Of a DNA stretch of 64,000 bases, positions 15,143 to 28,760 are shown one piece after another (position 1 is the first letter of the stretch; every line of letters begins with the position of its first letter). Source of the DNA: Tubiluchus corallicola (Eukaryota > Animalia > Priapulida); NCBI GenBank assembly GCA_030141605.1, contig JAQGDQ010000001.1:434001-498000 (forward strand). The letters are read 5' to 3'. The notes under the pieces were generated by a model. That model saw nothing but the letters and a program-made list of their open reading frames with translations. It was not told the origin of the DNA and did no database searches. The position numbers and the translations under genes are program-made.

Positions 15143-16829
15143 GTCTACAAAATAAGTAGAAAAACATTTTTACGGAACCGTATGAAAAACAATACATACA
15201 ATACATGTCGAATTATAAATTGCATGTCGCACATGTTTTGCACGCGAAATAAACATATTTCAAGATCGACTACAAGTAGCTAGGCCCCATAAGTAAAAGT
15301 TACTTTGAACTACCAAAAGGTTGTCATTATAGTGGTTCTTTAACAATTAGCATTACAAAGGAAAGTGCAATGGTGTTTAATCTTCAAGGGCACGTAATAC
15401 TGAACTGAAGTTACGTGTCACTTTACGCCCACAACCATTTTTAAAGCTTTTGCTTTTAATTTTCATTAGGAGGTTAAATTCTCACATGCCTTTTCATCGA
15501 CTCGTATCGTATTGCGCATGCGTCGAGGATGAAACCACTTAGAAACTGGGATTATTGAACATTCAAATTACAGAAACTTTGTGCTAATTTTTTTGTATTG
15601 GTTAATTAAGCTAAAAGGGTTATTATTACACAATTTATATGTTGTTCTTAGTATAAATCAGAAGACAATAAACTATGACATGTAAAACTTCAAAAAATTC
15701 GAGCTATAAACGTATTCCGCCCAAACAACGTGCTCATATAAAGTGCTTAATGAAATAATGATCATAAATTTTATTGAACATTAAATAAATGCAGTAACTG
15801 TAAAGAAATGGAAAATGTTATTGTTTATAACACCATGGTAGGACGAAAAAAAATTATTGTGTTAAGTGTTGCGTTAAGTGACTAATGTCAGACTATTTCT
15901 TTATGACCGAAAGAAAGAAACATAGTATGTTAGAATTAGACTCATCGAACTTATTTGTGAGTGTAACCAGAAGAAATAAAACAAGTAAGCAAATTACTAT
16001 AGCAAAAATTTGAATAAACGTCTAGTTCATAATGTTTTATGCGAAATGGGTGAATGAATGAGATATAGAACTGGTTGTATAATTGAATAAATGAATAAAA
16101 GCTCAACCAAATCAAATTCAAGTGAGGATTTTTTTATTTGTGTTTGACATATGCAAAAATGACAAATAGTCCACCGAACGACATAATTATGTAACTTGAA
16201 TAATCAAGCAAGAAGTTTCGATTTACTGTATCCTCATTGATAATTTTTTTGCGAAATGGAGCTACTGCGAAGAATAAGAAAGAAAAATTCAATATTTCCG
16301 CGTATTTTTTAAGTTAATCTCGTTAAAATACGAAAACTCCTGGCGTCGAGTAGGTAGTATAGTTCGGTACCCATTTAATGGTGGATGTTATCGGCCTATT
16401 TAGGCAGGTTTCGTAGACGCTGCCACCTTTCTTCAACCGGCGTCTTCTTAAACTCATACATCTGATTTTCAAAATTTTGCGCTGAATATTACTGTTACAA
16501 AAATTTACTTTTTTAGGGGGTAACAAACAATTATAATGAAATATCTCTATTGACACAGTGAGGACCCTTTTGGCTCCAAACCCAGATTTCTGGGCAATTG
16601 CGATTATCAAACTAATAAAACTGATGCGTGTTAACAAGTCTGGAGCTCGTTCTGTTTCTTATTATTAAATCTGCCATACGAACTTTGTTTTTGTGTGATT
16701 TTTTGATACTTATTTGTTGTTTTATTTTGTTTTTACAGTAATAACGCTAAACGCCATTTTTTGACATTATTGTTATTGTACTAGTAATGTGTCTCACTCA
16801 GTGTAACAAGATAGTCTTTGTCAGTAAAA

Positions 16830-16958
<129 letters not shown>

Positions 16959-19040
16959 CACTATTCACGAATACTATAGGCACACTGTACAGTGCACAAG
17001 TGCTGTTTTGCACCAGCAATGATCTACACTGTTACTTGCTTAGTTGTCATACTTTAGTGGACTCAGTAATCTGCCAGGCACGTACTTCTTCGCTAAAGCC
17101 TAATTAACTCTGAAAAAAGAGTCAAGTTTTGGAAATCGTCATTTTTTGTTGACACAACTAGGCTAGTCATTGAGTAAATTAGACATAAAACCACTCAAAG
17201 GCATCGTAACTGTTTAAAAACAAGCAAAGATATGGTGCTAATGACAGCCTCAGTTTTAGTCAGCTAACAATAATTAAAGAAATAAGTCTGATTGAGGTTA
17301 CTTTGCACTTTAGAAATGATTTTGAGGTGCAACACCATGAAAGTCCACAACTTTTTAGTTTCAAGCGTTCAAAAGTTTAGCACAACACAGTTTCACATCC
17401 GATTGCAATAAGATCTTATTCATTTGCTGTTTTATCACAAAAGCTTCCCTTTCGTAGTTACCATGGTAACTATAATACCGCATCTTACGGCGTTTTTCGT
17501 AATATGGAAGTTCGTGGTTTTGTGTTGTCCTCGTATTATATATTGCAGTCACAAAAAGACCTATAGATCTCACCTTACTGTTTCTCAAGTGAATTTGTGA
17601 AAGAAAGTTAAGTAAATATAATTATAATGAGTTTCTATTGCATGGCTTCGTCACATGTGACATTAGTAATTCACATTATCAGATGACACGCAGTAGACAT
17701 AATCAGAAGCCCGTCATGCATTTCTTCTGTCCATGATACCTATGAAAGTCACAGGCGACTTTTCAAGCATCTCCATTGTGGCTTGTTGCTACGGTAACGG
17801 AAAGGCGTCCGTTGTGGTTTAGTATTCCGGCCTTCTGAGGCTTCTTGAGTTTAACAATAACCTTGTATCAAGCGCACATTAGAATAAAAAGCCATCTGCT
17901 ATGCCACAACACATTAACTCAAATTTTCCCTTGAGCGAGAAATTACTAAGAAGGAAAACCTCGCGAATTTTCTTTGCCAGATGACAAGCAAAATTTTAGT
18001 AAGTGCAAAGTCATGTTAATGTTATTCAATAGGCATTATTATACACTTTCAGTACAACTATACGAAATTTCTTCGGCTGTTAACAAGCGATGCAGTAAAC
18101 CTGTATAAAAGTACAGCTGATGTGGTTTATACAAGCTTATGAAAACTGTTTAAGAATTAATAATACTTGCCATGAATGCATTCGCGAATTTTATAACAGT
18201 GTTGTTTATAGCTGAGTCACTAGAGCCAGATATATCAGCCAACGAGTAACTGTTAAATTGCTTTACTTTTGACACTGGCGATTCACCGATTGGTCGCTTT
18301 CCAGTTATGAATTTTTGACTACATGTGCTGATAAGTTAGCAAAAATGGTGATACAGTCAACTAGTCGAAATTAATTTGCTTATTATAGCGAATGTTACAA
18401 TAATTAGATGTATATTACTATGGCAGTTTAAAACAGCAGCAGCTTTCAAATCATTTCATGGCGTTTTTCATGCCGAGAGACTACGTCTCGAAAGAATAGC
18501 GAAATTTTCGCATGATTTTGGTACATTTTAGATATTTCGTGCTACAACTTGCAAAACACTGATACACCGCGAGGCGGCGATGGCTGATTTGACATCACAA
18601 AAATGTAATAAAAAAGATGAACGTTTTCTTTGTTTTTCTTGCATCTGTGAAGTTATAGCACAGAACGCAAATAATTCAGGCAGTATAAGGACCAGTAACA
18701 GTGATAAACAAATGTTTTCTGCCATTAGCAGTGTTTGTGTTAATCTGACTTCGAATATGCGTATTTGTTGTTAACTGTAATAATAAGCCACTGATCATAT
18801 ATTATTTTAGCACTGTTTACTCTTATACGTATTTAAGCTCTTCTCTCCTCCATACTGGCGGTTTTGTGGAACAGGTGCTTAGACTGAAAACGCACCTGCC
18901 CATGCTGCTGCTGAATTCACGGAGCCATTACATGTCGGCATAGTTATGGCTGCCGATATGCAATGGCTTCGTAAGAGACGATCCATTGCAATATAGAATG
19001 GGGTGCCTTAAAAACTGTTATGTTAGTGCAAACATTTTTT

Positions 19041-19704
19041 ATTGTACTAATTTGTGTTACAGATGAACTGACGAATACGTGTTTCATAGTGGTTATTTTT
19101 CTTAAAGGGGAGCATGACCCAATTTTAAACTATAACTCAACAATCTAACATTAAAATATAGAAAGACAGTATTTTAAAGAGTGATTTACGTGAAGAAATT
19201 ATCACTTCAGAAACTAATTTCACGTTCGCTAGGTTAATTTTTCGCTATTGTACCTGGAAATCGTCATTTTCTGTTGACACAACTAGGCTAGTCATTGAGT
19301 AAATTAGACATAAAACCACTCAAAGGCATCGTAACTGTTTAAAAACAAGCAAAGATATGGTGCTAATGACAGCCTCAGTTTTAGTCAGCTAACAATAATT
19401 AAAGAAATAAGTCTGATTGAGGTTACTTTGCACTTTAGAAATGATTTTGAGGTGCAACACCATGAAAGTCCACAACTGTTTAGTTTCAATTGTGCTAATT
19501 TGTGTTACAGATGAACTGACGAATACGTGTTTCATAGTGGTTATTTTTCTTAAAGGGGAGCATGACCCAATTTTAAACTATAACTCAACAATCTAACATT
19601 AAAATATAGAAAGACAGTATTTTAAAGAGTGATTTACGTGAAGAAATTATCACTTCAGAAACTAATTTCACGTTCGCTAGGTTAATTTTTCGCTATTGTA
19701 CCTG
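19041..19704. repeat. A-B'-A' duplication: about 215-bp direct repeat separated by a copy of 17130-17364
   Basis: 19041-19256 is nearly identical to 19489-19704, and 19255-19489 is nearly identical to 17130-17364. Confidence 0.93.
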
Positions 19705-21657
19705 TTCCGCCATCTTAGTTAGATGTGCTCTAACGCCGGCATTTCAGAAACGCGCTGTACAAAAACGGCGTTGTACTTGATCATAAGAACATAGTTCAGT
19801 TGTGACGTGGTGCACATGTTTGAGGTCTCATGCGATAGCACAGTGGTAAACTTTTAAAGTTAAATTTGTAAACATAAATTCCCCAATTTCGGCAATTTAT
19901 ACTATTATTACCAAACTATGTTCGGTTGTGACGTCATCGTTTGCTTCGCCCACCGGCAATTAATTAAGTTTTTAAGCTATTCTTTAATTAATAAAATCCT
20001 TTCGGTAACATCGTAGGTGTTAAAATGTGTATGTTCCCATACATCAAAGTAATGCAGGTTATGAAAAACCGTCTGGCTTTTATCTCAAGATGTCCACATA
20101 TAGATGTGTATGTTTTCAGACAATGACTAGAACAACTGTAAGTCGCTGCATATAAATGTAGAGCTTTTTAAAAAATCTATTAGTTGTTTATAAGGACTAC
20201 AAAATTACATTCTGAAACTTTCAAAAAACTGTAATTAGTAAGTTCTCTGTTTTTGATCGTTTGACAATTTACATTGTCGTTATTACTTGGGTAATTAAAT
20301 CGGGTGTTCTTGGAATTTTTTAATTACGCCAAATTGCACATTGACGTATGTAAGAGGTACAATTTTTACGTGCTATCTATATGCAATTAAATGATTCTGT
20401 GTTCATCGTTTAGTGAATTCTTATAGTAACTATTTGCAACCCAGAATTTAATTTGTACTGGTCATTGAGCTGTTCACCAGTTAAACGGAAAATTTATTCC
20501 ACGTCAATTTATTCCAAAGACACTAATTACTTTAACATTGTGGAATACGTGATTATCATTTCACGCGACATACCTATCGTTTTTTGACTTAGTTTATCGA
20601 ACTGGAAAACAAAAGCTGCATCAATTTGAATGCTAACAAGACAGGTTCCAAAACGCAGGGACACTTTTGAGAATTTTTATGCGTGCGTTTTAACAGACGT
20701 TTGAAGACTTATAGAATAGTGCGATATAGAAATTAATGTTACAAATAAATGGCAAATGGATAGTACGCGCAGGACTTTATGCACTGCAGCAAGTGGTGAA
20801 ACTTATCAGATGCCATAAGCACACAAGGCTTTATAAAGGAATCCAATATGTTAGACTGACATTTGCTGCACGAATTTCCACATTAGCTACAGATGTTCAC
20901 GACAATTTATCCTCAAGTACTATTGTAACTCTAGCTACCACATAGCAAGAATTACATGGCCAGAGCAGGAATTCTACGAGCTTAGTCACAAGACATTTTT
21001 TCCGACAATTTTTAACAGCTTGGTAAAAATTTCACGGAACGCATTTGGTAGAAAAGGCTTTTGGGATAGCGATTACATTAAAGTAAAACCAGACTCATCC
21101 TTCAATTGTAGGTCAAAACAATCTACTCTTTAAAAAATTGAAAGGAAAACATACCATTTTTTCAAAATGACTTATGTGAAAGAATTATTACCACTCAAGC
21201 GCAATTTCGCGTTCGCGCTGCTAGTTCTTCGCTGTTACATGTATTTCGCCATTCGCTAGTTAGACGGGTACAAGCGCCTGCATTTCGGAAACGTATTGCA
21301 CAAAAAACAGGTACTGTACCTCTCAGTTCAGATGCGGCGAACTACACACATTCGGGGTGTATATGATGGGGGCGTATATGAAAAATCATCCTGTCTTCAT
21401 TTAAGAAATGTAGGCCTGTATTTCAGTGATTTTTTTCGTCCGATGTTTCGCACAAAATAAGGCTTCTCGCGCAAATTACGAGTATAGTTTAAGCGTTATC
21501 TGCCCAGAGGCGCTGCGATTTCATATTCAACGTGGTATTCAACCAACACTACAAATTACCATTATAAACATTTAACGCAAAGCCATATCTGCTAGCACAT
21601 GCACAGTACAACACGGAGTTACACCATGTCAGGTACAACATCTATAAATTACAGTTT

Positions 21658-22140
21658 ACTAGCAAAAGTAAATGCATTCTGTGTGAGTAGTTTGTGAGCT
21701 GCCCTCTAAAAATTTCACTCGCGAATCTAAATCACAGGAAATTGCAAGATTAATACATTTACAATTAAAACATCTCAGCTCAGTAATTAAGTTCAGAAAC
21801 CAGTCTGCTAGCTAGACATGTGTTCATTGTGTTAGTCAGTCAGCTATATATATGGCTGACTGACTAACACAATGAACACATGTCTAGCTAGCAGACTGGT
21901 TTAGCTGACTGACTAACACAATGAACACATGTCTAGCTAGCAGACTGGTTTAGCTGACTGACTAACACAATGAACACATGTCTAGCTAGCAGACTGGTTT
22001 CTGAACTTAATTACTTAGCTGAGATGTTTTAATTGTAAATGTATTAATTTTGCACTTTTCCTGTGATTTAGATTCCCGAGTGAAATTTTTAGAGGGCAGC
22101 TCACAAACTACTCACACGGAATGCATTTACTTTTGCTAGT
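21658..22140. repeat. Long fold-back palindrome (arms about 190 bp) centred on (TA)n, with a 49-bp triplication in the right arm
   Basis: The left arm 21658-21845 is the reverse complement of the right arm. The unit tagctgactgactaacacaatgaacacatgtctagctagcagactggtt starts at 21853, 21902 and 21951. Confidence 0.95.
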
Positions 22141-22161
22141 TGCCAACGGAACACCCAATTA

Positions 22162-22378
22162 CTAACCAACCAACCAACCAGTCACCAACCTACTAACAAA
22201 CTAATCAACCAACCGACCGACCGACCAACCAACTAACCAACCAACCAATCAACAGCCAATCAATCAACCAATCAGCAAATCAACCAACAAACCAACCAAC
22301 TAACCAAAAAATTCCAGTTAATTGAAAAAAAAATCAGCCAATCAACCAACCAACTAATCGACTGATCTATCAACAAAC
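22162..22378. repeat. Degenerate (CCAA)n microsatellite
   Basis: Directly visible in the sequence. Confidence 0.85.
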
Positions 22379-23853
22379 TTACCTACATGTCCATGTCTTT
22401 GCCTACAGACTACCAGCCAGGCAGCAAGCCAACGAAAGGCCCAAACGAAATAACCAGCAAATCAATAGCCTAGACTGTTTACCGACTAACCAGTCACCAA
22501 CTTACCCAGCAATCAAATGGCTGCGAAGTACCAGACAAAAATTTCGTTTGTTTGATAGAAAGTGAAATATAATCAACAACATTTTGTATTAACTGCCTTG
22601 TCGTTGTTGTAATGTTGGTTTTTGTTGTCAGGGACATTATAATTATAATGCACAAAACGCGACGATGTAATACAAAGTCCAAACTGAAATCTTGATGTCT
22701 ACAATGTGTAGAAGTGAACAAACAACAACTTAACATTTGGTTTGTTAAGAGTCCAGGGAGAGGTTAAGTTGTAAGGCTCATAACTCGCCCACTGCGGGGC
22801 TACAGAACTTCTAGTTTTCATGTGTGTGTTAACCATCATCCTCACCAATAATATAAAAAAGAAAATTCGCTGGAGTCTGTTTCAGTATTTAGTACTGGCA
22901 CTTTAAAATTTCACAAAAATCAGCAAAATTCGCCTTTCTTGTAGTTTTTCAATATTTTTTCTATCTATATGCAGGATTATAAGTGACAAATCTGTATTCT
23001 AAATTTCACGAAAACGCACGAGCTGAGATAATATCATGAATGACATTATATAGAGGGGCACTGTTAGAAAAAACTGCCATATCAACGCACTTTTTTACTT
23101 TCCATAGTAATTACGTCCATGTGTAAAAGTAGACATACTTGGCTCAGGTCGTATATGACAGTAGACACGTTTAACCTGCAGTTTCTGTGACTAGTGCTCT
23201 CATTTCCTAGTAGCAATAGACTCCTTTGCCATGGAAATTGCTAGAAATTTGGTTTAGTTATGTCGGAATTTTCATATGACTACAAATATAAATAATTGCC
23301 TCTTCTGATGGATTTCAGGACAGGACATCATGCATGCCCCAGGTACTGAGTCCGACCTTGATTCAAGGCATTCTCTACACACTGAATCACTAGTGGATAC
23401 CAGGAAAGACTAAACAATAAGCCCTCTAATAGAAAAGAAGTACCGATTGTTAAAATTGAGAGTCATTGCTAGCGAAAGAATCTGACAACACTCGGTATAT
23501 ACATATAAAATAGAAATCCGTTCATTTTTTATACATTCGTTCATTTCTTATACTTTTTATATGAATAAGCTTCATGGCTATACATAGAAGATTATGAATA
23601 TCAGTACAAAAATGAAAAACTACAAAACTCAGTCAGAATTAACTTCTCTAAGTCCAAAATACTGTTCATATTGTAGCAGCATAATCCTATCACTGAAGAA
23701 TAGTACATGTAATCAAAACCATAATATCCAAATAATAGAGAAAGAATTATCGATGCAGATAGATAATCACTAGAAGATAGATACAGAAATATAGACAAAT
23801 ATATCATGGGGAATGTGATAAAGTGAAAATCTTACTGTCTAAACATGAGACAA

Positions 23854-24120
23854 TATAAGCGCATGGGCCGCTTCTAGGGGGATGGCGGTGATATTTAGCT
23901 CAGAAAATTTTTCTTCGCCCAAAATTTATTGTTGGCACAAAATCGATACTTCTGACAAAAAATACTAATAGTGTGATTGAACGATTGCGCCGATGGCACA
24001 AAAATTTTCGATGTTTTACAGTCAAAAAATCACCGGACAAATGATATCAAGTCTGTCCCATATTTTTTAGGCATTCGCTCAGATTTAGGGCAATTTTTTG
24101 TCCTGGCTTGTACGCCTATG
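23854..24120. mobile_element. hAT-type MITE
   Basis: Termini TATAAGCGCA / TACGCCTATG; 8-bp TSD tgagacaa/taagacaa (7/8). Confidence 0.6.
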
Positions 24121-26587
24121 TAAGACAATGAATAATAACTAGGTAATAACCTGTACATAACATTTACAAAGCATAGAAAATAAACAGTACATAAAACATT
24201 TTCCAGTCCTTGCAAGAAGCAATTTCCATTCCGTAGATATTTCATTTGTTTGAAGATGGAAGCGCTCTAAGTCCAGTGTCTTTAGTACAGGCTAATAGAT
24301 TCACAATATTCGTTTCGTGCGGATAACTAGTCAGAAAACCGCATTTAACGCTGGTAGACAGCCCAGAAAACGAACATTTTAGTTCAGCAGTGGCCGCCAT
24401 CTTGAATGCTGGAGTCCAATCCAGTCGGTAGTTTAACCAATGTGCTGGCCAGGCCCCTAGTTGCCAAAGATGAATATTTATGATGTTTTGAAGTATTTTG
24501 ACAAAATTTGACAACTTATGTTTACCTACACGAAGCTTTTTGATGAACGTTGTTACCTATATTTTCACCCTGATATATGCCTCTTTCAGATAATAGATTT
24601 ATAATAGGGTGGAAATTCGCTCCATCGAAATTGTCACTGCAGCATAGTGGGATGGGATGCTCTATTCACAGACATATCGATATTTTTGTCCCCGCCCCCC
24701 GCAGTGGGTGAGATATAAGACTTTGAAATGACTAAGTATTTGCATCTTGTGCGTAATGCGAGCTTAAAGACCCCCAGTAGAGCCGAAAGAGGGGGGTTTG
24801 GGACAAAAGTCGAGAAGTCATTTTGGAGAAGATAACAAGATCCAATACTGTGCAGAGTCAGATCTATTCAAACTCAGTGGTTGCTGCGTTGCTTCAAATA
24901 TGAGTAAAAAATAGAGAAAAATAGGTATTTTTTCATGAAAATCGGCCTATGCCGTACCTCTGCTACTATGAGGAGTTGGGCCAAGCGGATTCACATAGTG
25001 AATACTAGTGACTAGTGGACCTCATACCCGAACTTTGGTCTGAATCGGCTTACCTAACCTTGTGCCGGAATTTTTCGATTTTGCATGGTCTTCTCGCGGA
25101 CGCATTGTTTCCAGTCCTGCATCAGAAAACAACCTTCAACTTCTCCTTTCAGTTTTGTAGCGTGCATTAAAAGCAGTGAGACGGTAATATAAATAGCATT
25201 CATATATAATTTATCAATATCAGTAAAATTATTGTGTGTCAGCAAGTACTTAAACAAGCTATACATAATATCGTGTGCGTAATTCTCTTTCATGGTTTGT
25301 GCCCCTAAAATTGCTAGTTTTCAAATTAAGTTGGCTATGATAATCGTGATGCGTATAGTGTTTTATTTTGTTATCACACATCATTATCTTATATATAAAA
25401 TGGTAAAAACCAACAAAAACTCTTAATAAAACAAAAACGGAGAACTTACATTCCCTTTTTATACAAATTTACGTTGAGTGAGCTGCCCGATATTTGTCAC
25501 TTAAAAATGTTAACAAGGCCCGCAAAATTAAATTAATAACTTTTTGTTTCCTAATGTCAATTCACATCAATGTAATTTCGAGGACATACAATCATTGTTT
25601 ATTAATATGCTTATAAACGTACGCATGCGTTTGAGTCTAATTTCGCTTTTTTGTATTACATTTGGGGTTAATAAAACAAATCGCCTATCAATTTATTTAT
25701 CCATTTCGCCATTGTCCATTGGTCAACTAAATAGACGCAGTGAGACTGTGAGAGTGAGGCTACAGCAAAATCTGTTGTAGCTTATAGATAGTTCTCATAA
25801 GTTAAGTAATACATTATTAGCAATACTTACCTTTCAACTTCTTAGAGGTACGTCAAAGACGAAACACTAACGCATTAAATCTATGACATTGTAAATAGCA
25901 AAAATGAATATTAACTTGCATTCAAATCAAGCTTTTCGCAAAATTTAACAAGCAAATTTTGCCGTGCTAAACTAGAAATCTCACCTGAAACGTTTATGCT
26001 ACTCAGACTGTGATAAGTCATAGAATCGATTTAGATCACATATACGCGCGTCTTTTATTCCGCTCTGCGCGTGGCTAGGCTTATAAACATGTTGATCCGT
26101 CATTCGCAGCTGTCACTGAATCTAAAGTTCGTATCAACGCCAGGTTTACCACTTATTAATAAATTCATCGAGGAAGTTCGTATTAATTAGGTTGCATACG
26201 ATTTTCAGTTCTCTATCTTACGACAGTAATGAATTTAGTTTTAGTTTGAGAATGCGTTATATTAAAATGACGTCATTGTACTTTTAACCGGTTGTAGGCC
26301 TAAAAACTACAAGAAGGGAATCCCCCTTCATTTGTCTGGTAAGTGATTAGCCTACCATGTGACTTTTAAAGTATTTAAACTTTTTGTTACAAAAGGAAGC
26401 AATTATTTTCCTGAGTACGATCGTATAATTAAAACTGGAGTTAAACAACTGTAACTAATATAGCGTGTGCAAAAGAACAGCTGCTGAACGCATAATATTA
26501 TCACGCATTTCGCAAAGAGATACAACCGAAAGTTTCAATTAATTGTTAGTCACTTGATTTTGCTCATTAATTGACTGATCTAGATTC

Positions 26588-26700
26588 TGCCCAAATATCT
26601 CGTGCCCCCGTGCCCAAATGCCTCCCAGCCAAATGTCCCTTGCCCAAACGTCAAGTGCTCAAATGCCTCGTGACCAAGTGTCCCTTGTCAAAATGTTCCT
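26588..26700. repeat. Degenerate ~15-bp minisatellite (gcccaaatgtc.c.t), probably a transposon subterminal array
   Basis: About 7 degenerate units. Similar-period arrays with a different unit occur at 1735-1850 and 60780-60930. Confidence 0.55.
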
Positions 26701-27882
26701 GCTGTTTCTCATAGAGACTTCCTGGCAAGTCGTTCCTGATTTTAGCTGTGAGGATACTGAATTTACTTTACATTTAACTATTTGTTGAAGGGATGTTCCA
26801 TAACTTCTCTTCATTTCTGAAACTGTCAAGACGGCTTGTATGTAACGAACTTTCTTTAGCATTTGCTGTAAAAGGAAGTGAAATCAAAGAGAAAAGACTT
26901 AGGCAAAGAAATGAAGCAAGAAGTTATTATCAAATGTTTCGGCAATTAAAAGCAGAAGCGCAAATGAATTTTTAAAATTACATGCGGATATCACCAAGTA
27001 TGTTCGTCTACTTACAAATTTTCACGGCACAATAGTCGCTGTTGAACGACTGCACGTTCTTGTACAAGCTTATCAAACTTACGTACGTTTCAGCACTCAA
27101 TTCATATAGTCCATTTTTGTTAATAATTCATTGTTGCTAGCGACAGTTCGCCGTTTGAGCATCCGCTATAAATAGACTCTTCTGGGTCAACAATGTACAT
27201 TGTTATTGGCTGTTCATATCAAGTCTAGCTTGATATCGTAAACTTGAATGACATTCAAATTTCTCTGTCATTCTCAGCGTCCATACGGTCCTCCAACACT
27301 GACAAACTCGAGAAGAACAGTGTTTTGAATGACCGTGTGGACGGCCTATAAGATAAGATAAGAAAAGATATTTAGTCAGGATAAATTGATTGAACAAAGT
27401 TGGTTTACAATAAGGTCCTGATTTGTGCGCAGTTTGCAGACAGTATTCAGGCTAATACCAAAAAAGCACATATATTTTGAGCAAAAAGAACGCATGTCAA
27501 AATTAAAAATAGCGCAAAAAGACGAGATTTGAAAAACACAATACAATTAATTAGAATAACACTCTTGATAAAAAGCTTTAAGGTAACACTTAAACAAGTT
27601 AATATCGTTACTGCTCCTTAATTCAGTTGACAAGGAATTCTAATACTTTAGCCCCCTTGTAGTTTAGAGATTTTTGTCCAGCTTGTGTTGAACATAACGG
27701 TGTTTGTAATTCATTTCTTTAGCTGACCGAGTTCGATACTGATGTGACTATTCAAAAAAGTGTTGATTTAAAGGATTTTGGTCACTTTTAAGTATTTTAC
27801 ACATAAAACATGGCATACGCATTTGCCGTCGTCCAGTGGTAACCACTTTCGTTCTCTGTGTGTAGTGATAATGTGTTCGCGT

Positions 27883-28266
27883 CTGTAGCGGATAGCCCTA
27901 TAGGCTGAATAGGCTGAAGCCTAAGGCCCGGCAAAATAAAACGAAAAAAATTTTTTTTGTAAAAAAAAATAAATTGACAAAAGAGCAAGGGGCCCGCCAA
28001 AATAAAATATAGAAAAAAGTTTTTTTTTCAAAAGTCAGTCACTATATTTCAAATCGGGTTTACACAATTTAAGTTTACACAATTCACGTTTACACAGTTT
28101 AAGTTCAAAATTTCAGTTTCCGAATTTTTCTGGGGGCAAAGTCAGTTATAATTACTTACAAACGACGAGAGCCCCACAAAAACACGTCAGCTCAGCAGTG
28201 TAGCAACATTTAAAAGGCCCGTTCCAAGCTCAAGCCTAAGGCCCATAAAATCATAATCCGCCGCTG
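27883..28266. mobile_element. hAT-type MITE
   Basis: Termini CTGTAGCGGAT / ATCCGCCGCTG, perfect 8-bp TSD gttcgcgt, and internal agcctaaggccc repeats. Confidence 0.8.
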
Positions 28267-28339
28267 GTTCGCGTGGGTCACATTTTAAAATAATTCGTGC
28301 ATTTATTATGTGTGACCTGTAATCTGCTCAGAAATGTAG

Positions 28340-28760
28340 TTCCAGCCGATGAATAAACCAAATACAATAGTCCAAATTGGGTAGTATTAAACAGTTATGA
28401 ATCAGCATTGCAACACGTGGTGAGATTTTGATGAATTCCACGAAAATAGCCAATCTTTTTGTTCACCTTACTTATCATGAAATCTATATGCGCTGTAAAT
28501 TTTAAACTAAAATCAGCTATTACACCTAAGTATTTTGTGATTGTTACAGAATTTAGAAGTTTATTATCATAAGCCAACTTATTATCATAAGTTGAATGTT
28601 AGGATCTTCTAAAGATGCAACTTTTTGATCAGTGCCAAACAGCGTTACATTAGTTTTATCTAAATTTAAAACTAATTTATTTCTGAAGACTAAGTTTGAT
28701 GCTTTTCCAAGTTCATGCGACATGACTTTGGTTATTGTCTGAAGTGATTTATGCTGACAC
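28340..28760 (-). mobile_element. LINE (L2/CR1-like) RT remnant
   Basis: NKLVLNLDKTNVTLFG and KYLGVIADFSLKFTAHI motifs. Confidence 0.75.

Noticed and set aside
21853-21999. CRISPR-like array
   Set aside because: Contiguous tandem units with no unique spacers, no cas genes and a eukaryotic context. The same applies to 40248-40400.
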